DNA of 59,678 nucleotides from a virus. Its lineage: Duplodnaviria; Caudoviricetes. A program made the position numbers and the translations under genes. The DNA lies in IMG/VR virus record IMGVR_UViG_3300018080_000199, positions 1 through 59,678 of that record. One strand, written 5' to 3'. The notes below the pieces were generated by a model, which saw only the letters and a list, made by a program, of their open reading frames with translations, was not told the DNA's origin and made no database searches. Below, piece after piece: positions 38,720-49,000 of the stretch. The stretch's first letter is position 1. Each line of letters opens with the position of its first letter.

Positions 38720-39109
38720 TTAGGCTCCAGGATCAGTTGGCCATTCCAAATTATCATATGCAGTCTTAGTTGTGGTGTTTGGATTATCTTGTGGCATATC
38801 TCGAAGATCTTGACGATACGTAGCATAGTCAGCTTTAAGACTAGCTGCAAGAGGCGAATCCGAGAGTTGTGTCCAATCTGTATTCTTAAGTAACTGATCA
38901 CGTGCTCCACGCATCTTCGCCATATAATCAACTGAATCAGAGAACGCACCAATACTATTACCATCATCAATCCACGCTTGGACACGATCTTGAGCATTAC
39001 CATTTACGCCTCCACCCCACGGTACTCTAAGAACTTTGCCCCCATCTTCAGTAACGGTAAGCATGTCCTCTGCTTCATTTGCATAAACTACTGTACTAAT
39101 AGCACCCAT
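38720..39109 (-). CDS. tail fibre assembly chaperone
   Basis: RGARDQLLKNTDWTQLSDSPL...YRQDLRDMPQ...WP. Confidence 0.85.
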   Translation of the reverse strand: MGAISTVVYANEAEDMLTVTEDGGKVLRVPWGGGVNGNAQDRVQAWIDDGNSIGAFSDSVDYMAKMRGARDQLLKNTDWTQLSDSPLAASLKADYATYRQDLRDMPQDNPNTTTKTAYDNLEWPTDPGA

Positions 39110-39120
39110 ATCTTTTCTCC

Positions 39121-40383
39121 TTATAGTTCTGCATCAAGTTCTACAGTATCATCAGCACTATTAGCAGCAAATGCAACCTGACCAGTTGTAGAACAGGAGG
39201 CTTGTAGAAAGAATTCCTTTGGTCCAGCGTTATTGAATACAGGTTGACCACAATTTGTTACGTTCCAGGTGCCATTTTTTGATCCAGTTGGGGTAGTTCT
39301 CATTTCTACTGGTAAAACTACGGTGCGAGAAACAGATACACCAGATGTTGCATAACCTTGCCAAAGGAGACTATTACTAATACCTCCTAACACTTGATAA
39401 TATCTCTTACACAAGGCAAGTTGCTGTTGATATTGTAAAAATTCAAAATCTGTTGCTTCACCACCCAATTCAAGCTGGATGCCAGTAATATAGACATCAC
39501 AAGTGGTATCAGCATTAGCAACAAAATTAGTCTGATTACTTGTGCCAATATCATCTGTGCTGATCCAAGAATCAGTTGTAACTGTCTGGAAATCAGATCC
39601 AACAGCAAGAACAAAATATATCTTTAATCCTGAACCATTTGTATAATCCCAAGTACCCCCAGAATAATTGAAAATAAGATTAATTTCCTTATATTCCCAA
39701 GTATTTGCAGAATTAATTGTAATTTCAGTTACATAAGAACGATCTGAACCAGAATTACTAAATGCCACGCACATGGTGCCAGTCTTACCAGCTTTTATCC
39801 AAAAAGATAATGTAGCTGTTTGTCCTATGAATTTAGCAAAATTATACCCTTCCACACGCTGCATAACACCACACCAATCACTAGCACCAATGCTGTTATC
39901 GGCAGTCGTGCAATCAAGTTTTAAAGAATAATAAAATCCTTCATTGCTTGGCACATCCGTATCTTGAGTGACCGTATGTACCATTGCTCCCGATTTACGA
40001 TATGCCCATCTATCAAGTGTATAATCATCATCTGATGGAGATACAAAACTTGTACCTCTTTGAGCAATAACCATATTACCATTGATAATGGCATTTTTAT
40101 CAAAACGAGATACGCTCCCACCAGAAATTGTCTCCCAACTATCACCATCATCAACATAAAGAGTACTGTTGTCAGTTGCAAAGTAAAAGCGTCCACCCTC
40201 ACCAGCAGTTGGTCTAGCTGATAAAAGTCCAACTAAACATCGTCCAACAAGTAAATTATTGGACCCATCACCTATGAATAGTTCTTTTTGGTCATTCGTG
40301 GTAAAGCCTAACTCCCCGGCAGCAAGAGTTATGCCGTCAAGTTCGGCTTTAGTTCCACGGCGTGCTTTAATTGTAGCTGCCAT
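39121..40383 (-). CDS. tail fibre protein with Mtd-N-like N-terminal domain
   Basis: TIKARRGT..LAAGELGFTT...LFIGDG; KNAIINGNM.IAQRG; GIQLELG..AT.FE; LALCKRYYQ. Confidence 0.85.
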   Translation of the reverse strand: MAATIKARRGTKAELDGITLAAGELGFTTNDQKELFIGDGSNNLLVGRCLVGLLSARPTAGEGGRFYFATDNSTLYVDDGDSWETISGGSVSRFDKNAIINGNMVIAQRGTSFVSPSDDDYTLDRWAYRKSGAMVHTVTQDTDVPSNEGFYYSLKLDCTTADNSIGASDWCGVMQRVEGYNFAKFIGQTATLSFWIKAGKTGTMCVAFSNSGSDRSYVTEITINSANTWEYKEINLIFNYSGGTWDYTNGSGLKIYFVLAVGSDFQTVTTDSWISTDDIGTSNQTNFVANADTTCDVYITGIQLELGGEATDFEFLQYQQQLALCKRYYQVLGGISNSLLWQGYATSGVSVSRTVVLPVEMRTTPTGSKNGTWNVTNCGQPVFNNAGPKEFFLQASCSTTGQVAFAANSADDTVELDAEL

Positions 40384-40397
40384 GTTAGGCTCCTTGT

Positions 40398-40430
40398 GGG
40401 AGGGGATAATTCAGTAAATTATCCCCTCCC
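40398..40430. terminator. 14-bp-stem hairpin containing a variant of the 15-bp palindrome
   Basis: GGGAGGGGATAATT-CAGTA-AATTATCCCCTCCC. Confidence 0.6.
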
Positions 40431-40442
40431 TTGGGATCATTC

Positions 40443-41708
40443 TTATACAAAACTACCGCCATCTACAAGTGCCACAGAGATTTCATCAGGACTACCATTA
40501 TCATGCACAATTGAACTATTATCAATCTTAACACCAACTCCATTTGCAGTCACACTAACGGCTGCAATAGTTGCACCTGTCGCTGTATCAGAGGCAACAC
40601 TGAGCGTAGAACCAGCACCACCACTAATACCATTACCCTGTGCAGCAAGCCGAAGGGTGGCTGAATCAACCTCAAGACCAGTACCATCAAGATCATCAAC
40701 ATCAAGCCCAACACCATTGGCAGTCACATCGACCGGGATCACATTTCCACCAGTCGTACTATCAGGTTTCACACTGATAGTGTTTGAAGAGATCTGAATA
40801 CCGTTACCAGCACTAAGACCTCCACCCTGATTCATAAGTACCCACTCACCAGTCGGCACAGTACCGTCAAACGAGTAAGTGTTATTCTCATTAACACTAT
40901 TCTCACCGGAACACAGAATGGCATTACCTTCAGCAGCATCAGTAGTTGCTGAGCCAGTATTCGTTGTGCCATTGAAGCTCACAACCTTACCATCATCAGT
41001 TGCATCCGTATAAGGAGCAATAAGTGCCGTAGCTGTTGAGAGTGCTGCGCGAGTTCCAGAAGGCACAAAACCACCAGCGCCAGTAATAACCTTAACCCAT
41101 GCCGATCCATTATACTCCCAGATATCACCAACAGTTGCAGTTGCCAAATCACCAGCACCATTAGCAGTTGTCACAACATACGAATCGCCAGAACTAGGTG
41201 AAAGTCCTTCAATCGTTAATGCAGCATCATTACCAACAAGGCCCATTACACTTGCGGGTTCCTTCCAAGAACGACCTTCAACTGCATTATTAATCTCAGT
41301 TGCGATCTTACTTGCGGTCCACAGATCAGCAGTCGTAGTACCAGCATCATCAACTGCTACACCAGCATCCTCAGGCTTACCATTAGCATCAATCTTAATC
41401 AGATTGTCCTGAGTACCAGAAATATCTGAAAGAATCTCTTCAAAAGCTGAACCAGTATCAATGAACAGTTCCTTTGTGTCAGTGGCATAGAAGAACCGTC
41501 CTGCCTCATAGGTCGTAGGAATATTAGCTAATGTATCTTCAATAACACGACCAACAAGTAGGTTATTACTACCATCACCAATAAACAATTCCTTATAATC
41601 ATCGGTAGTAAAACCAAGTTCACCAGCAGCAAGCGTAATACCATCAAGCTCTGCCTTTGTACCACGACGAACCTTAATCGTTGCACCATACCATATTCTG
41701 TTACGCAT
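40443..41708 (-). CDS. fibre protein with Mtd-N-like domain and RxRxWYG leader
   Basis: N-domain nearly identical to 39121-40383; Gly-rich shaft repeats; ends VDGGSFV. Confidence 0.8.
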   Translation of the reverse strand: MRNRIWYGATIKVRRGTKAELDGITLAAGELGFTTDDYKELFIGDGSNNLLVGRVIEDTLANIPTTYEAGRFFYATDTKELFIDTGSAFEEILSDISGTQDNLIKIDANGKPEDAGVAVDDAGTTTADLWTASKIATEINNAVEGRSWKEPASVMGLVGNDAALTIEGLSPSSGDSYVVTTANGAGDLATATVGDIWEYNGSAWVKVITGAGGFVPSGTRAALSTATALIAPYTDATDDGKVVSFNGTTNTGSATTDAAEGNAILCSGENSVNENNTYSFDGTVPTGEWVLMNQGGGLSAGNGIQISSNTISVKPDSTTGGNVIPVDVTANGVGLDVDDLDGTGLEVDSATLRLAAQGNGISGGAGSTLSVASDTATGATIAAVSVTANGVGVKIDNSSIVHDNGSPDEISVALVDGGSFV

Positions 41709-41719
41709 TGTTCCTCTCC

Positions 41720-41887
41720 TTAAACAAAAGTACCGCCATCAATAGTATCTGAGTCTAATTTAGATTTGATATAAGTATACAATGCTGCAAGAGTAAGCTT
41801 AAATGATGTTAATGTATTAACAATATACATTAACGCTGAATCATTAGCTGTACCCGTACTAAGATCACTAACCTTTTGGTCAGCCAT
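41720..41887 (-). CDS. small fibre-adaptor-like protein (55 aa, below ORF-track cutoff)
   Basis: MADQKVSDL...TIDGGTFV; GGAGGG RBS. Confidence 0.7.
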   Translation of the reverse strand: MADQKVSDLSTGTANDSALMYIVNTLTSFKLTLAALYTYIKSKLDSDTIDGGTFV

Positions 41888-41889
41888 AA

Positions 41890-42075
41890 CTAACCCTCCA
41901 ACAAGATATGCTCACCTGTTTCTAATAGGAGGGCATCACCATCCTCCTTTAAAAGATTACCAATTACTGGACTTGGCTCCTCACCAAGTACCGGAATAAG
42001 AATACTGTCCCGAAGTGGTGAGCCAAATATAACATTCCTAATAATACCGCTAAATCTCCTTAAAATACGGGCCAT
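41890..42075 (-). CDS. small structural protein
   Basis: C-terminal LLKEDGDALLLETGEHILLE motif. Confidence 0.6.
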   Translation of the reverse strand: MARILRRFSGIIRNVIFGSPLRDSILIPVLGEEPSPVIGNLLKEDGDALLLETGEHILLEG

Positions 42076-42438
42076 TTAAGCTCTCCTTTGCTGCCACAAA
42101 AACCCACCAATCGGTATCCCAATAACCAATGGAATAATTGGATATTGTAACATTGCTTCCATGCTAGCGGCATGTATCAATACATCACACATTATTGAGA
42201 ACAAACCAATTCCTATTAATAATTTAGGAAATTGTTTAGGCGTTTCTTTTACAGGAAGAAAGAAATGTCCACACAATACCCCAAACACTAAAGGAAATGT
42301 TAAACTTCTTAATCCATAATAACATATCACTTCTGAGATTGTATCTCCCCGTTCTGGATTAAAGAACGGTATAAAATCATATATTATGAGTCCAAGACTC
42401 ATTACTACCAATATGATTTTAGTTATTTTTCTTAGCAT
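42076..42438 (-). CDS. multi-TM membrane protein (holin-like)
   Basis: Three to four hydrophobic segments. Confidence 0.5.
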   Translation of the reverse strand: MLRKITKIILVVMSLGLIIYDFIPFFNPERGDTISEVICYYGLRSLTFPLVFGVLCGHFFLPVKETPKQFPKLLIGIGLFSIMCDVLIHAASMEAMLQYPIIPLVIGIPIGGFLWQQRRA

Positions 42439-42519
42439 CTTTAGCCTTTTTCTTCAATTCTTTATTACTTTTAAACATGGGTACTTGTACTTCTGGTTCC
42501 TTCTTCGTTTTCTTAGCCA

Positions 42520-43197
42520 TTACGGGACCGTCCTCATGAAATGCACAAGCTTGATATTCACATCAGTAGAACCTGTTGACTCATAACGGAAACGTATATA
42601 GATACCAGCAGGTACAAGTTTCGCATCTGGGCAACAACATGAAAATTCCTGGTCTGCCCATACATAATTTGTTTCCGCAAATTTACCAAGCACAAAACCA
42701 GCACCATAACCAAGGATATTATCTACATCTACCATTTCAATTTCAACATAATCACCATCATTCACATTACCATCAAGTTTATATGCTGCACCTTGAAGCA
42801 TCATGTTTGCAGCATATTTGGCTTCAAACTCATTAGTCTGTCCCGCTGTAGCAGTAAGATTAAATCCTTTACGGAAAACATTATACCCACTAAGATCTTG
42901 GAAATTTTTTAATTGAACATCTTGAATACTACTCGGCTCTGCTGGTGGCCAATCATCTACAGCTTTCTGTGCAGCTATAGCATTTGCAAGTGTAGTTTGC
43001 TGCTCAGATGTTAGGGCTTCAGTAGTTATGACCTTACACTCTGTACCATTATTACAAACTACAAAATCTACCCCAGGAAGAGCATCACTAATGCGTTGAG
43101 CTACATTCTCTGGCTCACCTTGATGCCCTATATTATACGTATCGGGGTTGCTATGGATGGCGTCCCCAAACTCTCTATCATAAATATATTCGGCCAT
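42520..43197 (-). CDS. putative virion structural protein
   Basis: Beta-rich C-terminal domain; within the fibre gene run. Confidence 0.55.
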   Translation of the reverse strand: MAEYIYDREFGDAIHSNPDTYNIGHQGEPENVAQRISDALPGVDFVVCNNGTECKVITTEALTSEQQTTLANAIAAQKAVDDWPPAEPSSIQDVQLKNFQDLSGYNVFRKGFNLTATAGQTNEFEAKYAANMMLQGAAYKLDGNVNDGDYVEIEMVDVDNILGYGAGFVLGKFAETNYVWADQEFSCCCPDAKLVPAGIYIRFRYESTGSTDVNIKLVHFMRTVP

Positions 43198-43206
43198 AGT
43201 TTCCCC

Positions 43207-44370
43207 TTACGTTTGATAAGTAAGCTCAAGCTTCATATAGTTAAATGTTTGACCAATAGCATTATTCTGCCATGTTAGCCCGCAATGATCACCGGCTACC
43301 GCACTACTAAACACTCCTGATACATCAAAAGCTGTTATCTCTCCTGCTGTAGCAGATATTGTAATACCTTGTGATTCACTATGGTTATTATATTGTTCTC
43401 CAACAGCCCCATAGTCACTTGTTAAAGATACACTTTGACTTGTTATAGTCCCTCCTAGTACAGCAATAACTTTTATTGTAAGTATTGCTATCGCGTCATC
43501 TGGAATCTCAAAACTAATATTAAAAGAAGCATTCTGGCCAACTGCTCGTACACGGTGATCGCCTAGAGTATCATTACCAGCATTTTCGATAAGGATTGTT
43601 TTCTGCTGACCACCACCAAAATGTATTGTGCCACCATTAGTTATAGTACGTGTACCAGAAATATCACTACTAATAATATAAAGATCACCAGTGTCTACAT
43701 CATAAGCTACTGAGCCAGAGATTTTAGCAATAGCTACAAAAATCTCTCCTGTACCGTCAACCTCAATACAAGTACCACTAGCAGCTATAAGATCCTCAGC
43801 AGTAACAATTACTTGTCCTGTATCATCAACATAAATACCTACTCCCGTACCTGTTACTACAACTTCATTAACCTTAGCTTGAATTTCTCCAGTTGTTGTC
43901 GCGTCTCCGATACCATACCCATTTGTCACATTGATATTATGACCTATATAATTAAGATTTCCAGCAGAACAATGCAGAACATTAGCTGATACTAATGCTG
44001 TTGTAGATTTTACAAAAATACCAGCAGTTCCACTTCCTGAAGTCTTAGAAAATATTGTACCTGATGAAGCAAAACATATATTAACTACAAATTCACTATA
44101 ATCATTAACTACATGGTTGCCTTGTATAGTTGCTAATGGAGCATGTAAAGTAACATAAGATGGTAAAGTTAAATTCTCAATATATATTGCACCATCTAAT
44201 ACTGTAATACCAATAGGATTACTAGAGCTAGGTGTATCACCACTAGCAGCCGTAATAGCTGCTCCAATAGTTAAGAATGGTTCACTAACACTTTTACCTG
44301 TATTAGTATCTAAACCATATTTAGCAACAAAATATTGCTTTTGTGCATCAGGTAATGGAGTATAAGCCAT
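43207..44370 (-). CDS. tail fibre/spike protein (beta-helix-like)
   Basis: YFVAKYG.DTN.G.S..EPFLTI.AAI pectin-lyase-like start; G/T/I/V-rich. Confidence 0.65.
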   Translation of the reverse strand: MAYTPLPDAQKQYFVAKYGLDTNTGKSVSEPFLTIGAAITAASGDTPSSSNPIGITVLDGAIYIENLTLPSYVTLHAPLATIQGNHVVNDYSEFVVNICFASSGTIFSKTSGSGTAGIFVKSTTALVSANVLHCSAGNLNYIGHNINVTNGYGIGDATTTGEIQAKVNEVVVTGTGVGIYVDDTGQVIVTAEDLIAASGTCIEVDGTGEIFVAIAKISGSVAYDVDTGDLYIISSDISGTRTITNGGTIHFGGGQQKTILIENAGNDTLGDHRVRAVGQNASFNISFEIPDDAIAILTIKVIAVLGGTITSQSVSLTSDYGAVGEQYNNHSESQGITISATAGEITAFDVSGVFSSAVAGDHCGLTWQNNAIGQTFNYMKLELTYQT

Positions 44371-44379
44371 AACTCTCCC

Positions 44380-45129
44380 CTATAAGATCCACCACTCAAC
44401 ACCATCACAAAAAACATCTATGGACTCGTATTGAGCAGTGATATCTACTGTTAATGCATCATCAATAGTCTCACCACCATTACCATCAACAGTAACATTA
44501 TTAGCACTAGCACTAATCTTTTTAATTCTATAAATTACTCCAGCAGATGAAGCAGCAGCAGGAAGATTCACTGTTATTGCTCCACCAGTAGTATCACAAA
44601 TTATAACAACTGCACCTGCTGCTGTATATGGGCTATCAGTATTGTCTATATTTACGAAAGATAATACCCCTGCATTCTGCCATCCCACACCAGCAGCTTG
44701 CCCACTATCTGCTGCTAATAGTTGCCCATCTGAGCCTACAGGAACACGCGCAAAACTATTATCCCCCGAAGCTGCAAGGATATCTCCTTTAGCATCTGCT
44801 TGAGTGTGCATCACTGCACCAGCAGTTGCTACATTAGTGGCATCTGTAACATCGGCTAAAGGTTCAATACCATCAAGCTTTGAAATCTGGGCTGCTGTAG
44901 CTACGCCATTCTGTGCTGCTGTAGCAAGTTGAATATCATCAGTACCATTAGTATGAGTAGCTGCATGGATCGCTGCTGCTTTGGTATCAAGGCCATCCCT
45001 CACAGCTTTTTCCGTAGGCATATTAGCATCAGTTCCAGGATCACCTACACTGGTGACGGGGGTATATCCGTCCTCAATGTGATTGCCATCAGCAGCTTTC
45101 GGTATCACACCTGCTGTGAGATCTGCCAT
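44380..45129 (-). CDS. tail fibre protein
   Basis: KLDGIE..ADVTDA; KGDIL...RVPVGSDGQLL.ADS; CDTTGGAITVNLPAA..ETIDD..DG.EWWI. Confidence 0.7.
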   Translation of the reverse strand: MADLTAGVIPKAADGNHIEDGYTPVTSVGDPGTDANMPTEKAVRDGLDTKAAAIHAATHTNGTDDIQLATAAQNGVATAAQISKLDGIEPLADVTDATNVATAGAVMHTQADAKGDILAASGDNSFARVPVGSDGQLLAADSGQAAGVGWQNAGVLSFVNIDNTDSPYTAAGAVVIICDTTGGAITVNLPAAASSAGVIYRIKKISASANNVTVDGNGGETIDDALTVDITAQYESIDVFCDGVEWWIL

Positions 45130-45140
45130 AATATAATTCC

Positions 45141-45581
45141 TTAAATCACGAAGACTTGTTCTTCATCAGTATTATAAATAAGCTCTTCATCAGTATTATA
45201 AAGGGCTTCTGGATTCTCAAGGAACTCACACATCATTTCAAATGCTACATCATAGACTCCACAATTCTGATCACGCTGAGTAATAATATCGTTGGGATTC
45301 GAAATAATAACACCTTGCCAAACCTCATTATTATGATCCGTTATCTTAACCTGTAATCCGGCTGATGCTTCAAGTGCATCTCGAAATTGTTCCGCTACTG
45401 TTTGCGAAAGTGCATGAATAACGAATGAACGAATCTGTTTATTCGGCCATCCTGAATCTTTAACACTCTTAAGCTCCCCGCCAATTGTTTCACGGTTCTC
45501 GGTATATGTATTAATACGCCGAATATCCCCAAGCTCAGGATTACGTAAAACAACATAGCCACCACTATAATAGAAGATCAC
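45141..45581 (-). CDS. minor tail protein (distal-tail-like)
   Basis: LRNPELG...ITDHNNEVWQGVIISNP; paralog of 38328-38717. Confidence 0.6.
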   Translation of the reverse strand: MIFYYSGGYVVLRNPELGDIRRINTYTENRETIGGELKSVKDSGWPNKQIRSFVIHALSQTVAEQFRDALEASAGLQVKITDHNNEVWQGVIISNPNDIITQRDQNCGVYDVAFEMMCEFLENPEALYNTDEELIYNTDEEQVFVI

Positions 45582-46078
45582 GCCGCGGCTCCTGTGATCG
45601 TGTATGTGACATTAAGAGTATCACCACTTTCTGCTGATACATCGCCACTTGTGAAAAGTCCAGTAGCCCATAGGATTCCAGAACTACCGCCCTTCGTATT
45701 ATCACTACAACAAAAGATTCCTGATATTGTTGTTGTAGCATTAATACTGAAAGCTACATATGTAGAGTTAGTAATCTCTTGCCCAGATGCCGCATCTTCA
45801 GTCCATTCTTGACGTGTTGCTTCTGTGTAGCTTTGATTCTCAGTCCAATTTGGATGAGAAGCCATGGTATCAGTAGCAAGTAGATCAGCGAGATCAGCAT
45901 CATTAAGAAGGCCAAGATACCAAGTTGCTGTTTGAGTATCATTATGAAACATCACATCAAGGATATTGTCAAGACCCTCATTAACCACAGCATTATCTAT
46001 ATCATATATTCCAATTATTTTTCCGTTTCGGATATGTTCGACACGGAAATGTCCTTTAATCTTGAATCCACCTTTCAT
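45578..46078 (-). CDS. putative tail/baseplate protein
   Basis: NAVVNEGL..ILD...WYLGL...GDTLNVTYTI; follows the tape measure gene. Confidence 0.6.
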   Translation of the reverse strand: MKGGFKIKGHFRVEHIRNGKIIGIYDIDNAVVNEGLDNILDVMFHNDTQTATWYLGLLNDADLADLLATDTMASHPNWTENQSYTEATRQEWTEDAASGQEITNSTYVAFSINATTTISGIFCCSDNTKGGSSGILWATGLFTSGDVSAESGDTLNVTYTITGAAA

Positions 46079-46087
46079 ATTAATCTC

Positions 46088-49000
46088 CTAACGTAATTTT
46101 AAGGTTCCGCGTCGAATTTGTCGCCGTAATAATTTACCAAATTTTGTTACGTCATAGCTCTCATTACCACTACTTTGCATATTGACATTCACATCTCCAA
46201 CATTATTAACAATACCGCCACGTTGGAAACTCTGAACGCCGGCATTCATAGCAACAAGTTGGGAATAGAACTTTCGCGTAGCTCCAGCATTCATTACGAA
46301 CTCACCAGGACTCAACATTGCTGGTACTCGATCCGTACCTACAAATCCGCCATGTTGAAAACCCCCGCGAGCTTTAATATCAGATCTAATACCTTGTAAT
46401 TCTGTTATCATATTCTTAAATACTGCTTCATTACGTTTCAAAATATCATTACGTTCTTGATCTCTTTTTTGTTGTTCAGGGATAAGTCCTTCTAATTGTT
46501 TTTGGGCATCTTCAAAAGATTTTTGTGCTTTATCTCTTGCTTCTTCTAATCCTTTTATAGTAGCTGTTTGTTTTTCTTCTGCTGCAATAATAGTTGTAGC
46601 TGTATCTGTAAAAAGTTTAATATTTGGAGTTAGATCCTTTGTCATACCAAAAACTACTTGCTCATTTATTGCAATTAAATCCTTTGTTATTTTATTTAAG
46701 TTTTCAATTGTAGGGGCACGAATAAAAGCATCAATCTTCTCAGAAATAACTTGTTGTCGTGTACCTGCTCTTAGAGTAGTAATATCTTTACCAAAAGCTT
46801 TTAGAGCTTGTTTTAATGATCCTATTTGAACTGCTTCCTCATCTACATATGCTTGTCGAGCTTTAACAGCTTCTTCAGCTATTTTTTGTTGTTCAGCAAC
46901 AACTTTTCGAGCATTATCAAGTTGAAGATTAGTAATTGCTGCTTCTTGAAGTTTTTCTAATTGATCTTTACGTTTTAGCAATTGTTCTTCAAGCCTAAGT
47001 CTTGTATTAATATCAAGTACATTTGCCTTTTCACGTAAGGATTTTCGAAAATCTTCAATACGTACAAGAGCACCAGTAATATTTGTAATCTGTTGATCAA
47101 TATCTTTTGTACCAAGAATATCCTTAACACTAATTGCAGTAATATCAAGATACCCATCTTTAATTTCTTGTAAATTACGTTTGCGTTCCGCTGCTTCTTC
47201 TTCAGCCTTTTTCTTTTGTTCTTCAGCAAGACGTTTTTGTTCTTCAACTAAACGAATCTGTTCTAATGTTAAGCGATTTTGAAGTTTAAGAATATCTGTA
47301 CGATCAATCTCAACTTTACGAAGTTCACGAATCTTCTCATCATACTCTTTAAGTTTACGAACTTCTCTAGCAAGACTAGCTTCTCTTTCACGTTGTCCTC
47401 TAGCAATATCTCTCTGAGCTTTAATAACATTAGGATCAATCGTATCAATACCAATGATACCACGCCTACTACTACGTGTAATACGTGTATATTGTTCTGC
47501 ATTTTTAGCGGCATCAAGAAGTTTCTTTTGATCATCAAGCTCTTTATCTGATATCTTTTTCTTAAGGTTTGCAATTTTAGTTTCTTGTTCCACACGTCTA
47601 CGCTGTAATCGAACTAATTTCTCTTCGCTTCTCTCATTTTTATCGGCAACTTGATCTTGAATTTTAGCTATTTGATCTACAATTCCAAGCTGCTCTTTAT
47701 AGAGTTCTGCAACAGCGCGAATACTCTCTTGGTCAATACGTCCAAAGAGTGCTGTACGTTGTTTCTGAAGTTGTTCAAAACGCTGTCGAAGAAGATTTAA
47801 TTGTTCTGCTGGATCTTCAATCTCCCCAAGTCTAAACTCAAATGTTCTTTGCTCTATAGAACGTTTAAGATCATTAATAGTTTTAATAGAATTCTCAATA
47901 AGTTTCTGTGAGTCCTTAATAACTTTATCTACATCTTTGATGCCTTTCTGAAGTTCTTTAACAACTTCACGATAAGCAGTCCTAAGATTTGTAGTAATCT
48001 CTTTATCTATAGCTACTTGTTCATCAATAAGTTTTGTATTCTCTGATTGCAAGGTAGCAATAGCTTGTCTAGCTATTTGTACTTCTTGAGTATAAAAATT
48101 ATCTATAACACGTAAAAGATCCCTATATTCACGTTTCTGTTGTTCAATAGCTCTTTCTCGGGCTTCTTCTTGTTGTGCTAAAGCTTCCTCAGTTACCTTT
48201 GTCATTCTATCAAGAAGAATACGAGTAGCAGCCCCAAGAGCTAATAATGCAGCCGCAACAGGATGCGCGATAGCTAACTTACCTAAAGATGCAGCAGCAT
48301 AAATAGCAGCAGGAGCTAAAAGTCCAGTAAGTCCCTCAGCTAAAGCCTTAACAATACCTGATAAGCCGCCAAGAGGTTCTGTAACTCCTTGCACAACCTC
48401 TAAGAATACAGTACCAAACTCCTCAGTAAAATAATTCTTTATCTTTTGTACTTCGATCTTAATATCACGACCTACATTTTCCATTGTTTCTTTTGTTGCT
48501 GTACGGTAAGATTCTTGAGCATTTTGAATTTCTTTCCAGTTTTGTTCAAAAGTCTCAAGACCACGACCTGCAAAAATCATAGCACCAGAGATAGCTCTAA
48601 TACGTCCAAAGAGTTTACCAAGTTCTGTAGAACTTCCCTGAGTACGTTCTTCTAAACGCTGTAATACTCCACCAAAACCAAACGTCTTAATAGCTGCTTC
48701 ACCAGAGTCAACACCTAATTCCTTAAAGAACTTGGACATTTCCTTAGTAGGACGTATAAGCTTTAAAAGGATGTTACGAATTAAAGTCTGAGCTTTCTCA
48801 AACGGCACACCACGAATTGTTACTGTAGTAATTGCAGCCGCAAGATCATTAAAACTAAGACCTAAATTCGCAGCAGGAACAGCAGTAATACCAATTGTAT
48901 TTGCCATCTCATCAAGACGAACACGGCCAAGTTCAATAGTCTTGAATGTTTGTGCAGCAATATCCCCAGTATCCTCCATACTAAGATTAAAGGATTTCAT

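Noticed and set aside
39121-41708. Diversity-generating retroelement suggested by Mtd-N-like domains
   Set aside because: No reverse transcriptase or TR/VR pair with adenine-specific differences was seen; the shared part is the N-terminal anchor.
41685-41708. Leader as a Tat or type IV prepilin signal
   Set aside because: No hydrophobic helix follows, there is no RRxFLK, and the order is aromatic-Gly rather than Gly-Phe.
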